Shown: positions 13,370 to 25,410 of the stretch, one piece after another
How the letters are laid out: each line of letters opens with the position of its first letter
How positions within the stretch are numbered: the stretch's first letter is position 1
Source: Cirrosporium novae-zelandiae
Lineage: Eukaryota
Direction of reading: 5' to 3'
Length of the DNA: 64,000 bases
NCBI GenBank assembly: GCA_026023565.1
Contig: JAPETS010000041.1
Coordinates: forward strand, 1 to 64,000
Notes under the pieces: model-generated
Told to the model about the DNA's origin: nothing
The model's input: only the letters and a program-made list of their open reading frames with translations
Database searches by the model: none
Position numbers and translations under genes: made by a program

Positions 13370-14026
13370 GATGAGGGGAAGTGATAGCGTGGTGGAGGGG
13401 AGGGGGGGTTCGGTGGGTGTCTTAGGTATTGATGTTTCTGTTGGTGTTTTGTTGGTTGAGCAGGGTGTGGAGGGCGAGGTTGTTTCCGGTGTTGGCGGCG
13501 GGGTGGAGCAGGGTGCAGGCTTCTTGGTCTTGGGTATTAGGTTGGGTGTCATTGTTTAGGAGTTGTTGGATTAGTGCGCAGGGGGCTGAATCTCATGTGT
13601 TTGTGCTGGGGGGTCCGGCTGCTAGGTGAAGAAATGTGGTTTTAGTGGTGCTAGAGGCATTGATATCGGGCGCCGGCTTCTAGGAGTAACTTTGCTACCG
13701 TTGATGCCGCCGCTCCTCCCTGTGTGGCTGTGCAGTGTAGGGGAGTGCTTTCTAGGTCTCCGTTTTTGTCGTCGAAGACGTGGATCTGTACCGAGGGCTA
13801 GCAAGAGTCGTATCGATTCGATATGGTTGCTGCTGGCTGCGTAATGCAGAGGCCTACTTCCGTAATCGTTTGGTACGTTGACCTTAGCGCCGTTCTCTAG
13901 TATTATTTTGATGGTTGTGTCATGCCTCCTCAATGCTGCCGCGTGAAGCGGTGTCTCACCGTTAAGCCTAGGGCTTGAAATCTCAGTTTCGTGGGTCAAG
14001 AGTTGCTGATTTCTCAGGGCTCCCAT
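13370..14026 (-). pseudogene. Degenerate ankyrin-repeat gene
   Basis: Successive ankyrin motifs GETPLHAAA..ILENGAKVN, GSRPLHYAA, STPLHCTA..LLLEAGA/DINA, TTFLHLAA, TLLHPAA and PLHHAI spread across frames with frameshifts and in-frame stops. Confidence 0.75.
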
Positions 14027-14553
14027 CTACTTTCTCTCCATAACTTTGCTTCTTAAACTGCATGGTTCCATCCAGTGGCATTTCCCATTCTTGCATGTCC
14101 ATCAGAAACGACTTCCATTCTGGTGCAGGCAATCTAGGTTATATCCCTAGCTTTAGGATAATCTTGCCTTTGTATAGTGGTGTTATCGACATGATTGGTC
14201 TATATTTGAGCTAGTGTTAACTATCGGGGAGTATAAATGGGTTCTCATTGTCACCGTCTCGACACTCTCAACCAATAAAACGAAACAGATGAGAATTACA
14301 TGCCGCGGGCCTTGCAGAAATATCTTTGGACTGGTGTTCCACTTGAGGTTTCTGGGTCATCATATCTCATAATATTGTCTTCACCTGTGATCTGAATTTT
14401 CCCGGTCTCAATTGTCAGGTTTGCGCCATAAAGTCCTCCTGCAACCTTGCGACAATTGACACAATGACAAAGGTGACCACGACGCTGTGAGCCAAAAAGG
14501 TTATCGTCAGTGATCTTCACACAGACTACTTTGCAGAGACAAGTGCCTTCCAT
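13983..14553 (-). pseudogene. GFA/CENP-V (Mss4-like) family gene with premature stop
   Basis: MEGTCLC..HLCHCVNCRKVAGGLYG..RYFCKARG, intron 14299-14200, then PIMSITPLYKGKIILKLGI*PRLPAPEW. In-frame TAA at 14141-14139; the CxxCG motif reads CKARG. Confidence 0.75.
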
Positions 14554-15903
14554 AATAAAGAAATTGGAGATTTCCGAGTCCAAGTAAATCAAAGTCGGCA
14601 AGTTTTGATAAACGTGGGTTAGAGTTAACTTATAGATGAAGCTCACAACACTTTTAAAGGAACTTTTAATTGTGATGATACCCAAAAATAGATAAGTTCT
14701 AATTTGCTCCTAGGAACAGCGACATCATAGACTCTAGCAGGCGGAAGCTCACCCGAACACTACCTCAATACTTCGAGTCCGAACTGTTTTCAGTGGCATG
14801 AGTAGCCCATCATTTGATCCGAGGGTAACGGGATCTATCAGCCATGACTAAACAAGGTGACAAGATTGGTCAGATTGCGAGTGATAGATCATGGATCGTC
14901 TACAGATAGCAATAACTAGGTTGCGTTTAATCACGATTTTGTGGCAGAAATTGGGCAAGATGAGTGCGATGTCGAACGGCAGTAGCAGTGAGCAGTATAA
15001 TTTGGCGATAGGTGGATAATTGTCGGTTAAAGATATTTGTAAGATCTGTGAAGAATTTAAGGGTGGAATTCAAAACGATTGGATGTGATTTGATTTGTTG
15101 GCGGTTGCTATTTATCAATTGAACATAAGCGTTCCCCTCTGCATTTACCACTTTTCCATAATTAATCTGATTCTACTTTGGGGTATGAGTCCTGCTTATT
15201 CTGGGACCCGCATGATGAGCAACCGTATAGTTGACCTACCGTAGCGCAGGTCTTAATATGATCCGCAAAGCTAGATGCTATGATCTTGGGTCATGACCAT
15301 GGCATCGTCGTCAGTTGGGCATATTCATATTGCAGATATAGCAATTACCAAAGGGGTTGAATTTCCTAGATATCTAATTAACATTGGTTAATATGGTTTC
15401 TAAAATGCTAAGTCACAGCAATCAAGGTTATCTCTAATCGCAGAACCCCGACCAAATGGCCTCCGAGTTCGTATCTATTCCTCGAGGTTTACCCGGTTGA
15501 ACCGATGATTTTGTTCCTGTGCCACTTTCAAACACGTGCTAGCGCGAAGCCACTGTGGTCGATCTTGGTAACTCCATCTCGCGACCCGCTTTCCCATGTC
15601 CTGAAGAAGCCCGATATCGAAGCTGATTACTCCATTGTTCGATCGCCAGAGGAAAAGCTACCGGACTACCTGAACTTTTTGTCCATACAAGATAGAGACA
15701 ATACATGAGTTGCCGCTATCTATGTAACAGTAGAGCAATAGCAACTGATAAACATGTCATGGAGCTGCCCAGCACTACTTGGCAGTCGCCCTGTGATGAT
15801 AAGCTTGATGTAGTTATATACGAAGGGTCCTGCTCACCATTGACATGAATCCTCACCGTTTAGTCAAGCCCTCGAATTTATCCTCCCTAATCAATATACT
15901 ATC

Positions 15904-17831
15904 ATGGCAGCAGGTTCAAGATTCCGCGAATACTTGCGTGGGCATGAAAGTGCGCCTGGAGAAAAAGCCCTTGTCCGCAAAATCGATTTCTTCATCCTCA
16001 CTTTTTGTTGTCTATCGTATTTCATGAACTATGCAAGTTTCTTTCTCTTTTTACTTCAACCTTCTGAGTTGATGGCTAATTGCTATTTTACTATAGCTGG
16101 ATCGTTCGAATTTATCAAATGCCTATGTATCGGGCATGAAAGAAGAACTGTCTTTTAAAGGAAACCAGCTAAACCAGATCAACACCATCTTTACCGTTGG
16201 GTGAGTTGAATATTTTCTTCCAAAGTTTTAGTAGTTTGGTATCAGCATGAAACCCTAGAATTTCTACAGTCATAACGCCTCTTGCAAAAGCACTCGTCAG
16301 AGTAGATACCCTTTCAGGAAGATGGAAACAACAAATGACAAAGAAGTTTGGTGGTTCAATGACTTCGTGATATTTATGTCAATACAACCTTTTCAAGGCT
16401 CCTAGGTTAAGCTGTCATGAATAAGACTAATCCAATTGTCCAGATATATCCTTGGCCAGGTGCCTTCAAACTTAGGCCTATACTACATTAAACCCCGAAT
16501 CTTCTTTCCAAGCATGATGGTGGTCTGGGCCGGTCTGACAATGGTCACGGCATCCGCCAAGCGTCCACAAGATATCATGGCCATCCGATTTTTCCAGGGA
16601 ATCGCCGAGTCTACTACCTTTGTCGGTACTCACTATATTCTCGGATCATGGTACACGGAGCGAGAGCTCGGAAAGCGAAGCGGTATTTTTACTGCCTCTG
16701 GGCTTGCAGGAACGATGTTCGGGGGGTTCATCCAGACGGGTATTCATTCTTCGATGGATGGACTCAGCGGTCTTAGCGGTTGGAGATGGTTATTCGTAAG
16801 ATCCCATTCATTCTACGTTCTAGAAACCTTAAGGCTAACAATCACTCCCTCTAGATCATCGACGGCATCATCACCCTTCCAATAGCGCTCTACGGCCTCC
16901 TCCTATTCCCTGACACACCCAGTACAACAACCGCAACCTATCTTTCCCCAACGGAACGCGCCCTCGCCATCTCCCGCGTCCCCGAGGTCGCCGAACGTGC
17001 CCCCTTCAACCTCTCCTTTGCCAAAAAAGTATTCTCTACTTGGACCTGGTACGGGTTTGTGATGTTGTGGATAATCGCCGGTGAAACCGAATCTTTCTCC
17101 TCCAACTCCTTGATGGCCCTCTGGATGAAAGCGGACCCCACGCACGACTACACTGTTCCGCAGCTAAACAACTACCCAACCGGCATCCCCGCCGTCGGCA
17201 TCGTCTCAACTCTCTTTTGGGCCACCCTCACCGACTTCCTCGGCGGCAAGCGATACCTCGTCGGATACTGGATCGCAATGACAGGCATCATCACGTCAGC
17301 CATGATCCTCGCCCCGGGCGCCACCACCGCATCCACTTTCGGCGCTTACTACTGGGCTGGATCGGTATACGCATGCCAAGCGACCTTTTTCGCCTGGGCA
17401 AACGACACCATGAGGCACGAGGAAGATGCGTTCAGGGCCGTCGTCATTGCCAGCATGAATATGGGGAGTAATGTGGTTAATGCGTGGTGGAGCATTCTGT
17501 TCTATTCTGCGGATATGGCGCCGAAATTCACGGTATGTTTGTATATATACCCTCATTGTTGAATACAAACCTTTTCAAAATAGAAAACAAAAAAAGGCTA
17601 ACAAATACCCCCCAGAGAGGAATGTGGGCCATGATCGGCTGTTCCATCGCCCTCGGCATCTGGACAACCGGTCTCGTGTACATGGCCGCCCGAAACCAAA
17701 AGAAAAACTCTATTAATGGACTTGAGGGAGGTGTCGGTGGTGGCAGTATGATTGAGGAAGGAAGCAGGGAATCACCAGAGAGGGAGGACAAGAATGAAGC
17801 CATTCTTGATGTTAAAGGGATAGGTGCTTGA
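15904..17831 (+). CDS. MFS transporter, pantothenate transporter-like (Liz1/Fen2; allantoate permease family), 5 exons
   Basis: LVRKIDFFILTFCCLSYFMNY/LDRSNLSNAYVSGMKEEL..YILGSWYTERELGKRSGIF..GLSGWRWLF/IIDGIIT; first intron is GC-AG (16033-16096). Confidence 0.88.
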
Positions 17832-20821
17832 AAAGCTCCTGCGCGCCATAATGTTATACATGTGTTTCTTGGAGAAAGATGGGAGGATATGAATAAATGT
17901 ATGGATGGATGGAAGTTATAGTAAATAGAGAGATAGATAGAAAACGGGGGCAGGGGGGTAGAACCCTGCCAGGCTATCATATCCTATCCAACCTACTACT
18001 AAGCAACTATATAATTACAAAGTAATACAACACCCTCTCTACCCTCTACCCTTCACTCCAAATCCAATCCAAAAATAACCCCCAATCCAGTTCCTCCTAA
18101 TCTCCTATCCTTTATCCCCTATCCCTATCCCCCACCAAACCCAAACAAATCACACAACGCAAAGGGAGAACTAACTACCTAACTACCTAGCAAAAAAAAT
18201 TCCCCAGCTACATGAGTCTCGAAAAAGAGGTAATTTTCTTTTCTTTTCTAAATTCCAAGTCTACATGTGATGATGATGAGAGTTATTTTTGTATGTATGT
18301 ATGTATAGGTAGATATATCATTATCATTAAATAAAAAATTTTTGGGTATTTTTGGTATTTTTGCTTTTTTTTAGACTTTTTTTTTGTTTGAGATTGTAAT
18401 GATGATGATGATGATGCTCCCTCCCTCGACCTATATATATATGTGTTTATGACTCCACATTTTTGATATTGATATCTTATTCTTTCAAGTTTTTGTTTTT
18501 TGTATCCAATCCATCAATCAATCCCAATTCCCAATCCCCATTCCAGGACTACGTCATGAGAAGGAGACCCTCACTACCCCGCCTTTAAAAAGGGAAATAT
18601 ATTCCTATTTGTACTCCGATTTTTGTTAGGAGTAGGCATCTTCTTCAAATATATATTATACTATTAAGTAGATACTGTACAGTACTATAACCATCCCCCT
18701 TGTTGTTGTTTTTATTTATTTATTTAGAGTACGCAGCTAATCTACCTAGAAGTGGTTTTATCCATATTACCTACTCACCCACATTCACATTTTTTTTTAG
18801 AGAGAGGATCCTGGTTGGTGGTATGGTTCGTGTGTTTTATTAAAAGCACGTTGGAGGGTAGGTAGAAATCTGAATCTGATCATTCGCTCGCTTTTTAAGT
18901 GAGGTCGGATACGTCCTAGATCTGGGGATCTATCTTCCCTTTATAGTAATTTCGTTTATATGTTTAAGATCTCTTGGTTGGTAATATAGTCTCCTACCCC
19001 ACTTAGACGGAGAATTGGTCCTGCAAGGCGCGGTGAATGGCTAGGAGCCATGGGTGATTGGTGGTCGATTGTATGTGACACAGAAAAGTGGATATGCAAA
19101 GCTGTAGAATTCTAAACTATGGATGCTATAACCTCAATTTTATATCTGTGATAGTATATTTAGGAGTTGGCATTGAGTGATTAGATGATTAGAAAAATTG
19201 GGTCATGTAATATCTTTATTAGGTTGTATTGAATCTATTTTATACGTATGGGGTTAGAGGTTGAAAAGTAGGGAGGTTTAAAAAATAGATGATGGAAATG
19301 GTTGTGTCAAAGTGATTGCATTTCTTGGTTGATCCCGGGTCCATCGATTAAATGTATTAAATTGGGATTAAGCATGTTTAGGATTATTAATACGGTCTTT
19401 TTTCGAACCACTCTAAAAATTCAGTTAACGAATGGGCGACTAGCCGCCTATATATCAAGAACAGAGCAGTTTTTAATACAAAAAAGTGAAGATGTAAGGC
19501 TATAGAATTGTGTCTATAGGATGATATATACAGTTTCTTGAAAATCTGGTACAAGTACTTTCTTTTTTGGCATTCGGCATGCAACATAGGTAAGGTAATC
19601 CAACTCTCGTTTGGCAGCTTCAAGGACTAGGCATGCTGGAACTCCTAGTGTATCTGAAGAGTTAAAGTATCATGAAGGAATATCATAAATAGGGTATAGT
19701 TGTATTAGCAAACAAAGCAACTTAAAAAACTATACAGAAGCATCGTGTTAGGGGCTAGTTGTTATGTGTAGAAGGGATGGTTATTTCTATCACCTATATC
19801 CTCTAGGGGTCCGTGCAAAGCAAAAAGGCTGAGGAGAAGGTCAAAAAGGCCTGAGATATATTGCTCAAGTCAAACATGGATAAATATATAGTAGAATTTC
19901 AATTAGAATAATATATAATTCTAGGAATGTAAGGCTGTAAGAGCTCGACTTAGTCATGGATGAGGTTTTGTCGTTCTAAATGACGAGCTAAAGTGTCGGT
20001 TTTGGTATCGCATGAGAGAATGAAAGGTTGTCAATGGTACTCTAACCTGATATTCATCGTATCACGAAGTAATTATGACTACAAATTCGTCCGCAAAATC
20101 ATACGGACTCGTTCATGGGAAAAGGGGTATACTCACGTAACTCACGGAAGGTGAACATGGAAAATTCTTCGAGAAAGCGGATTCTACGAGACATAAATGC
20201 TTACTCCGGAGGCCAAGATTCACTTCTACAATTCACTTCTGCGATTGTTTGCAATCCGCAAAGCTTGACTGCATAGTAGAATTTTCATTCTTACATTCAT
20301 TCACTATAGGTTACGGACCGTAACAAAGACGCTGTGGAAGTAATTAAATCTCAGGGTCCATCTTACCCCAACAGAGCGAGATAGATAAAGCTGTTCAGGT
20401 CGTGCTACTGGTCGGGAAGCTGATTGGCCAAGAGACGACAAGCTCACGATGCACGAAATCCAAACTTACTTCTTACCATCCCCCAGCCCATCTACACATA
20501 ATTGTGGCATCCAACCATATATTAATTTAGGACCACGCACATGTTCGTACTTAGGTCATTGACTCGTCTTATATCTTTCCTAAGTTAAGCCATAGCTTAA
20601 TTAAACCATCATGCTAGAGAAATTCCCTATCAAGGACATTATCTCATCCATACCAGGTTCCTAGTAGACTTTGGAATATTTTCTTCCCATTTTCCATTTT
20701 GGGTGGCTCACGATGCTTCTAATAGTGCTAAGCTTGAATAAACACAGAGTATATGGACCCTTTCAGTCGGCGCCTTGATCACAGGACTCCATTAACGGCC
20801 GTGAAACTGGGAAATCCACTT

Positions 20822-20846
20822 CTGGAGGGGCAATTGGAGGGGCAAC
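20822..20846 (+). promoter_or_regulatory. Tandem 12-mer TGGAGGGGCAAY x2 containing STRE (AGGGG) motifs upstream of BTA1
   Basis: ctggaggggcaattggaggggcaactggg about 130-150 nt before the BTA1 ATG; function inferred only. Confidence 0.35.
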
Positions 20847-20972
20847 TGGGTCAACGCTATCATTCCCTATAAGGATTGATATTCCAAATGTCCTTTCTAT
20901 CTCTTTCTCTTTTTCTTTGACTTTCTCTCTCATCATTTGCTGGTCTCATGGTTTCGTACAACTTGAAATAGA

Positions 20973-23900
20973 ATGAATTCTCTTCTAGTTATGAACTTTC
21001 CTGCGACATGGAACTTTGTTCCAACCAGTCTCCATTCCGAGATCGCTATTTGTGCATCTCTGGTTTTCCTTCTTATTGCTATCATCTTTACATATAGTTT
21101 TGCAAAGAGAAAAGGGGGCTCCGATTCTGGCTTCCATTCCTTCCTCTGGTTCTTCTATGCGAGCTTTCTAAAACCTCATGAAACGAGCGATGAGGGAGGA
21201 CAGCAGTTTTTTTTGGAGAGTTTCTACAAAGCGCAGGTATGGTCGCTCGTTTTTGACTGGTTCTGATAAAAATTAATCGTACTATTTAACTGCAGGCTTC
21301 CGTTTATGATTCTACACGCAAGAGACTCCTTCGAGGTCGAGAGGATATGCTTGGTTTAGTCGCAGCTCAGTTGAAATATAAGCTCAAGAAGAAGACGCTG
21401 GGCCGTTCGAGACCAGTTTGGGTTGATGTGGGTTTTCTAAATGGCCTTATAAGCAGCGATTGCTAACTTCTTTTCAGATTGGAGGAGGTACAGGGTAATT
21501 CAGCCAAATGCATTTCTTCTAACAAAAACTAAGATTCTCAGATACAATATTGAAGCGATGTCTGCATATGTTCCTGTTGAATCATTCTTCTCTAGGGTCT
21601 ATCTAGTTGATCTTTCACCATCGCTATGCGAAGTAGCCCGAAAGCGGTTTCAACGCCTTGGATGGGGAAATGTTATAGTTGTTTGTCAAGATGCAAGGAC
21701 CTTTCGTCTTGAGGAATATGAGCCTGGAAATGCAGTAGCTATATATTCGTCAGAAGGATGTTCTGAGAACAGCGGGGCCGATCTCATTACAATGAGCTAC
21801 AGCCTATCCATGATACCTGGTATACTATCATCAACCTGACATACAATTCAGCAAGGCTAACATGTGTTAGATTTCTACAGCGTTATTGACTCTCTCTCGT
21901 CGTTACTAAGCCCCTTTGGAACAATTGGCGTATGCGACTTTTACGGTAGGTGATATATCGACTTGAGAAGTACGTCTGGCTAAATTTGATATAGTACAAA
22001 GCATTGTGGATCTATCATCTAGAAACTATGTCGGAGGTGTTTTCAATAGACATGTCAATTGGCTTAGCAGAGTCTTCTGGCGAGCGTGGTTTGATGTTGA
22101 TCGTGTCAGCCTTGAAGGCGCAAGGAGGGATTATCTCGAATACCGGTTCGGGACTGTTCTTTCTGTGAGCGACCGAAACCATCTTCTTGGGTGGATCCCT
22201 TATTACATTTTTGTCGGCTGTCCTAAGAAGATTGCTTCTTTGAGAACAAGCTCCCCAGATTTCCCTCAGCAGGCTATTGAAGCTCTTGACGCCTCTTTTA
22301 CAGAATCACCATACCTATCACCAACACACCATCAAAATCAACAGTCTAAAGCTGCACGGAATAATTCACCAATCGGTATTCGGTCAAAAGCGTACGAGAG
22401 TGCAATTGTCAACCTGAGCGCAAATTTACCGTTGCCTTCAGCCTTCTATCAAAATGATCATTGGCGGATATTCTACAACGACCAATTGAAGAAGCATACA
22501 CAATTTGGAGACGAATATATCTATGCTTTCACCTGGGAGGATCCTCGTATTGACCATCGGCTTCTTAAAATTGGAAGTGACGACGTCATTCTTGCTATCA
22601 CAAGTGCAGGAGACAATATTCTAGACTACCTGCTTCATAACCCTCGACGGGTTCATGCAGTTGATCTAAACCCAAATCAGAACCACCTCCTCGAATTGAA
22701 GGTTGCTGCCTTTACGGCGCTTGGCTACGAAGGTGTTTGGAGGCTGTTCGGCGAAGGAAAACATTCCAAGTTCCGTGATCTCTTAATTTCGAAGCTAAGC
22801 TCACATATGTCAAGCCAGGCTTTTCAGTACTGGCTTGAAAATGCCAGCGTATTCTCTAATCCTCGTGGTATGGGCTTATATGAAACTGGCGGTTCTCGAG
22901 TTGCTATTAAGCTGGTTCGATATCTCTTTAAATGCTTCGGGCTATCTGCCACGGTCAAGAAGCTCTGCGAAGCGAAAACGTTGAACGAACAACGCGAAAT
23001 CTGGCCTCGGATCCGAAGCATTCTTTTGAGTCGGCCTCTTCATTGGGCTGTTATCTCGACGGAATGGTTCTGCTGGAAAGCTGCCGGTGTTCCTAAAGAA
23101 CAGTATCAAATGATCTTACAAGATCATGCTCGTCTGATGGGTATAGGATCCGCAGATAAGCAGAGTACCCTCGGGAATGGGGAAGCCGTCTGGGACTATG
23201 TCGTGAATACCTTGGATCCCATTGTTGAGAACACATTGCTCCGGGACGACAATTACTTTTATCTATTATGTCTCCAAGGAAAATATTCTAGACGGTACTT
23301 ATTTTGCTTAACCTCCGTATACTTTCGATAAACGAAAGCGACCAGACCCAAAAAACGAACCCAGACAAGTAACTTTAGGGAGGCCTTCAAGTTGAATTAT
23401 TATTGAAAACAGATTTCCTTTTGAAGGCCTCCCCAAGATCACTTTTCTAGTTCCACCTTTGGGCCTGGTCGTTTTCATTTCTACCTGTCGAGAGCAGAAC
23501 TCCGCTAATCTACTACAGATGCCATCCCGAGTATCTTACTCCTCGAACACATGCCAAATTTTCCAAGCTCAATGCCTTCGATGGCCTCAGGATACACACA
23601 GACGAAATAAATGAAGTGCTTACACGCATCACATCTGGTACATTAACAATTGCGGTTGTAAGTAGCTAACCTTCGCTTATATATTTTCCCTGAAATCAAT
23701 ATTTAACTAAAATAAAGATAATGGACTCTATGGACTGGTTCACGCCCTCCTCCCCTGCCGCGCAAATCCAAATATCTGCTCTCAACCGCGCTCTCAAGGC
23801 CGGTGGCCGCGTCCTCCTTCGCTCTGCTGGTCTTGATCCTTGGTATGTTAAGGTATTCGAGGAATGCGGGTTCACCACCCGGAGGGTCCAAGAGAGATTT

Positions 23901-24194
23901 CCAGGAAAATATGTAGACAGGTATGCCTTCCCTTTCTTCTCACCTTCTATTCCGCAAGTAACTTTCCTTTCTCGCCGCTCTAACATCATCTAAAGAGTAA
24001 ATATGTACGCCTCAACCTGGCTCTGCAAAAAAATCTCTGAAAACTTCACCCCAATCCCCACACCCATAACCCCAACAACCCGATCCAACAGTATCGACTC
24101 CTCGATCTGTCTCTCCCCATCCCCTTCTATCCACAGCCGTACCGGTAGCATCCACTCTTCCCCCTCCGCACCCATCACAGCCCTAGAAATATGA
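20973..24194 (+). CDS. BTA1: Betaine lipid (DGTS) synthase, BtaB-BtaA fusion, about 8 exons
   Basis: LESFYKAQ/ASVYDSTRKRLLRGREDML, WVD/IGGGTG, MSYSLSMIP, YIYAFTWEDPRID, LAITSAGDNILDY, AVDLNPNQNHLLELK, MDSMDWF, DR/VNMYAS. Confidence 0.93.
23330..23480. repeat. Imperfect long inverted repeat (fold-back / MITE-like) in BTA1 intron
   Basis: aaacgaaagcgaccagacccaaa pairs with tttgggcctggtcgttttcattt, and gggaggccttcaa pairs with ttgaaggcctccc, nested around an AT-rich loop. Confidence 0.85.
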
Positions 24195-24881
24195 CTCGCC
24201 GACATTTCCCCCCGCTTGAACATCCCTACGCACTCGCATTCTTTAAGCCATCATGGGCATTCAATGTCCGACGGCAGCATCGATTTGCTGGCGGTGAACA
24301 TGAGCATCCAGATGCGTGAAAATAACAGGACGCCTACACAAAGAGATTTCAATCGGTTCGGGGCGAAGACGCCGACGCCAAGAGGGGTTTTGGGAAGACG
24401 GGGACGTGCTAGAACGATCTGACGGCGATAGGAATGGTTGATATATGTTTTCCTTTTTTTTTGTATAGTTAGAGATACCACGCATGACATTATACATCAA
24501 ATCGAAAGTTTAATTTATGTTACACTGTAAAACACTTGCAAACAATCAGACCCTTTTCATTCATACCCCCTCGAGAAATCAACAACCAGCCGGTCCAACC
24601 CACACCCCAAATTCCTCTCACCCTACTTCCCCTTTCCCCTATCGCTCCCCCCAAAAAAACCCCTAGCCAATTATTCATTTCAACCATAGCTCCAAAAATA
24701 TTTTTTTACAATTGTCTATAATTTTTTTCTCTTGCAAAGCATAGAAAGTAAATCCACAAAAACCTACCTAATTACCCAACCGGGCTTCCCTTTTCCTTTT
24801 TCCATTTCCCATTTCCATCCAATAGGCCGACACGCCGGCCACCCCCACACAACAAAAAATCAAAAAAATTTCAATTTCTTT

Positions 24882-24969
24882 CGACGCCGACTGGATTTGA
24901 ACCAGTGCCTCCGAAGAGATGTGATTTCAAGTTCTAGTCACACGCGTTAGACCACTCCGCCACGACGTC
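24882..24969 (-). tRNA. tRNA-Ser(AGA) with a 6-nt intron (24931-24926)
   Basis: GACGTCG/CGGCGTC acceptor stem, G73, D-loop GAGTGGTCTAA, anticodon stem TGTGA/TCACA, loop CT-AGA-A[CTTGAA]A, long variable arm TCTC-TTCG-GAGG, T-loop TTCAAAT and a downstream oligo-T terminator. Confidence 0.9.
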
Positions 24970-25410
24970 CGTTTTGTTGAAGGGAGAGGTGGTGGGGTGG
25001 GTTTTGTTTAGGGAGTTTGAGGGTTTGGGGGTTTTTTTTGAGAAAGGGGAAAAATTATGAAATGAAGTTTTTGAGTGGGATGTTTTTGTTCTTTTTGGAG
25101 GGGGAGGGGGAAAGTTGTGTTTTTTTTTTTTTTTATGGTTTTGTGATTTATAATAATAGTTGGGATGGGATGGGATGGCAAATGATGGGATTTTATGGAT
25201 TGGAGATAAGGAAATAATAATAAGGTGGAATAAGAGAGGATAGTAGGATTAAGATATATTATTGGTTTATTGACTATGGGTAGGAGGGAGAGTGTGTGTG
25301 GTAGCTAGGTGGTTGTATTTATTTAGGAAACTGATTAAACGGGCTTCTCCTGTGGTTTTACAAACCAACCTAGCTAATCACAGGTTGGCCCTCGGTTTTT
25401 TTTACAGTCT

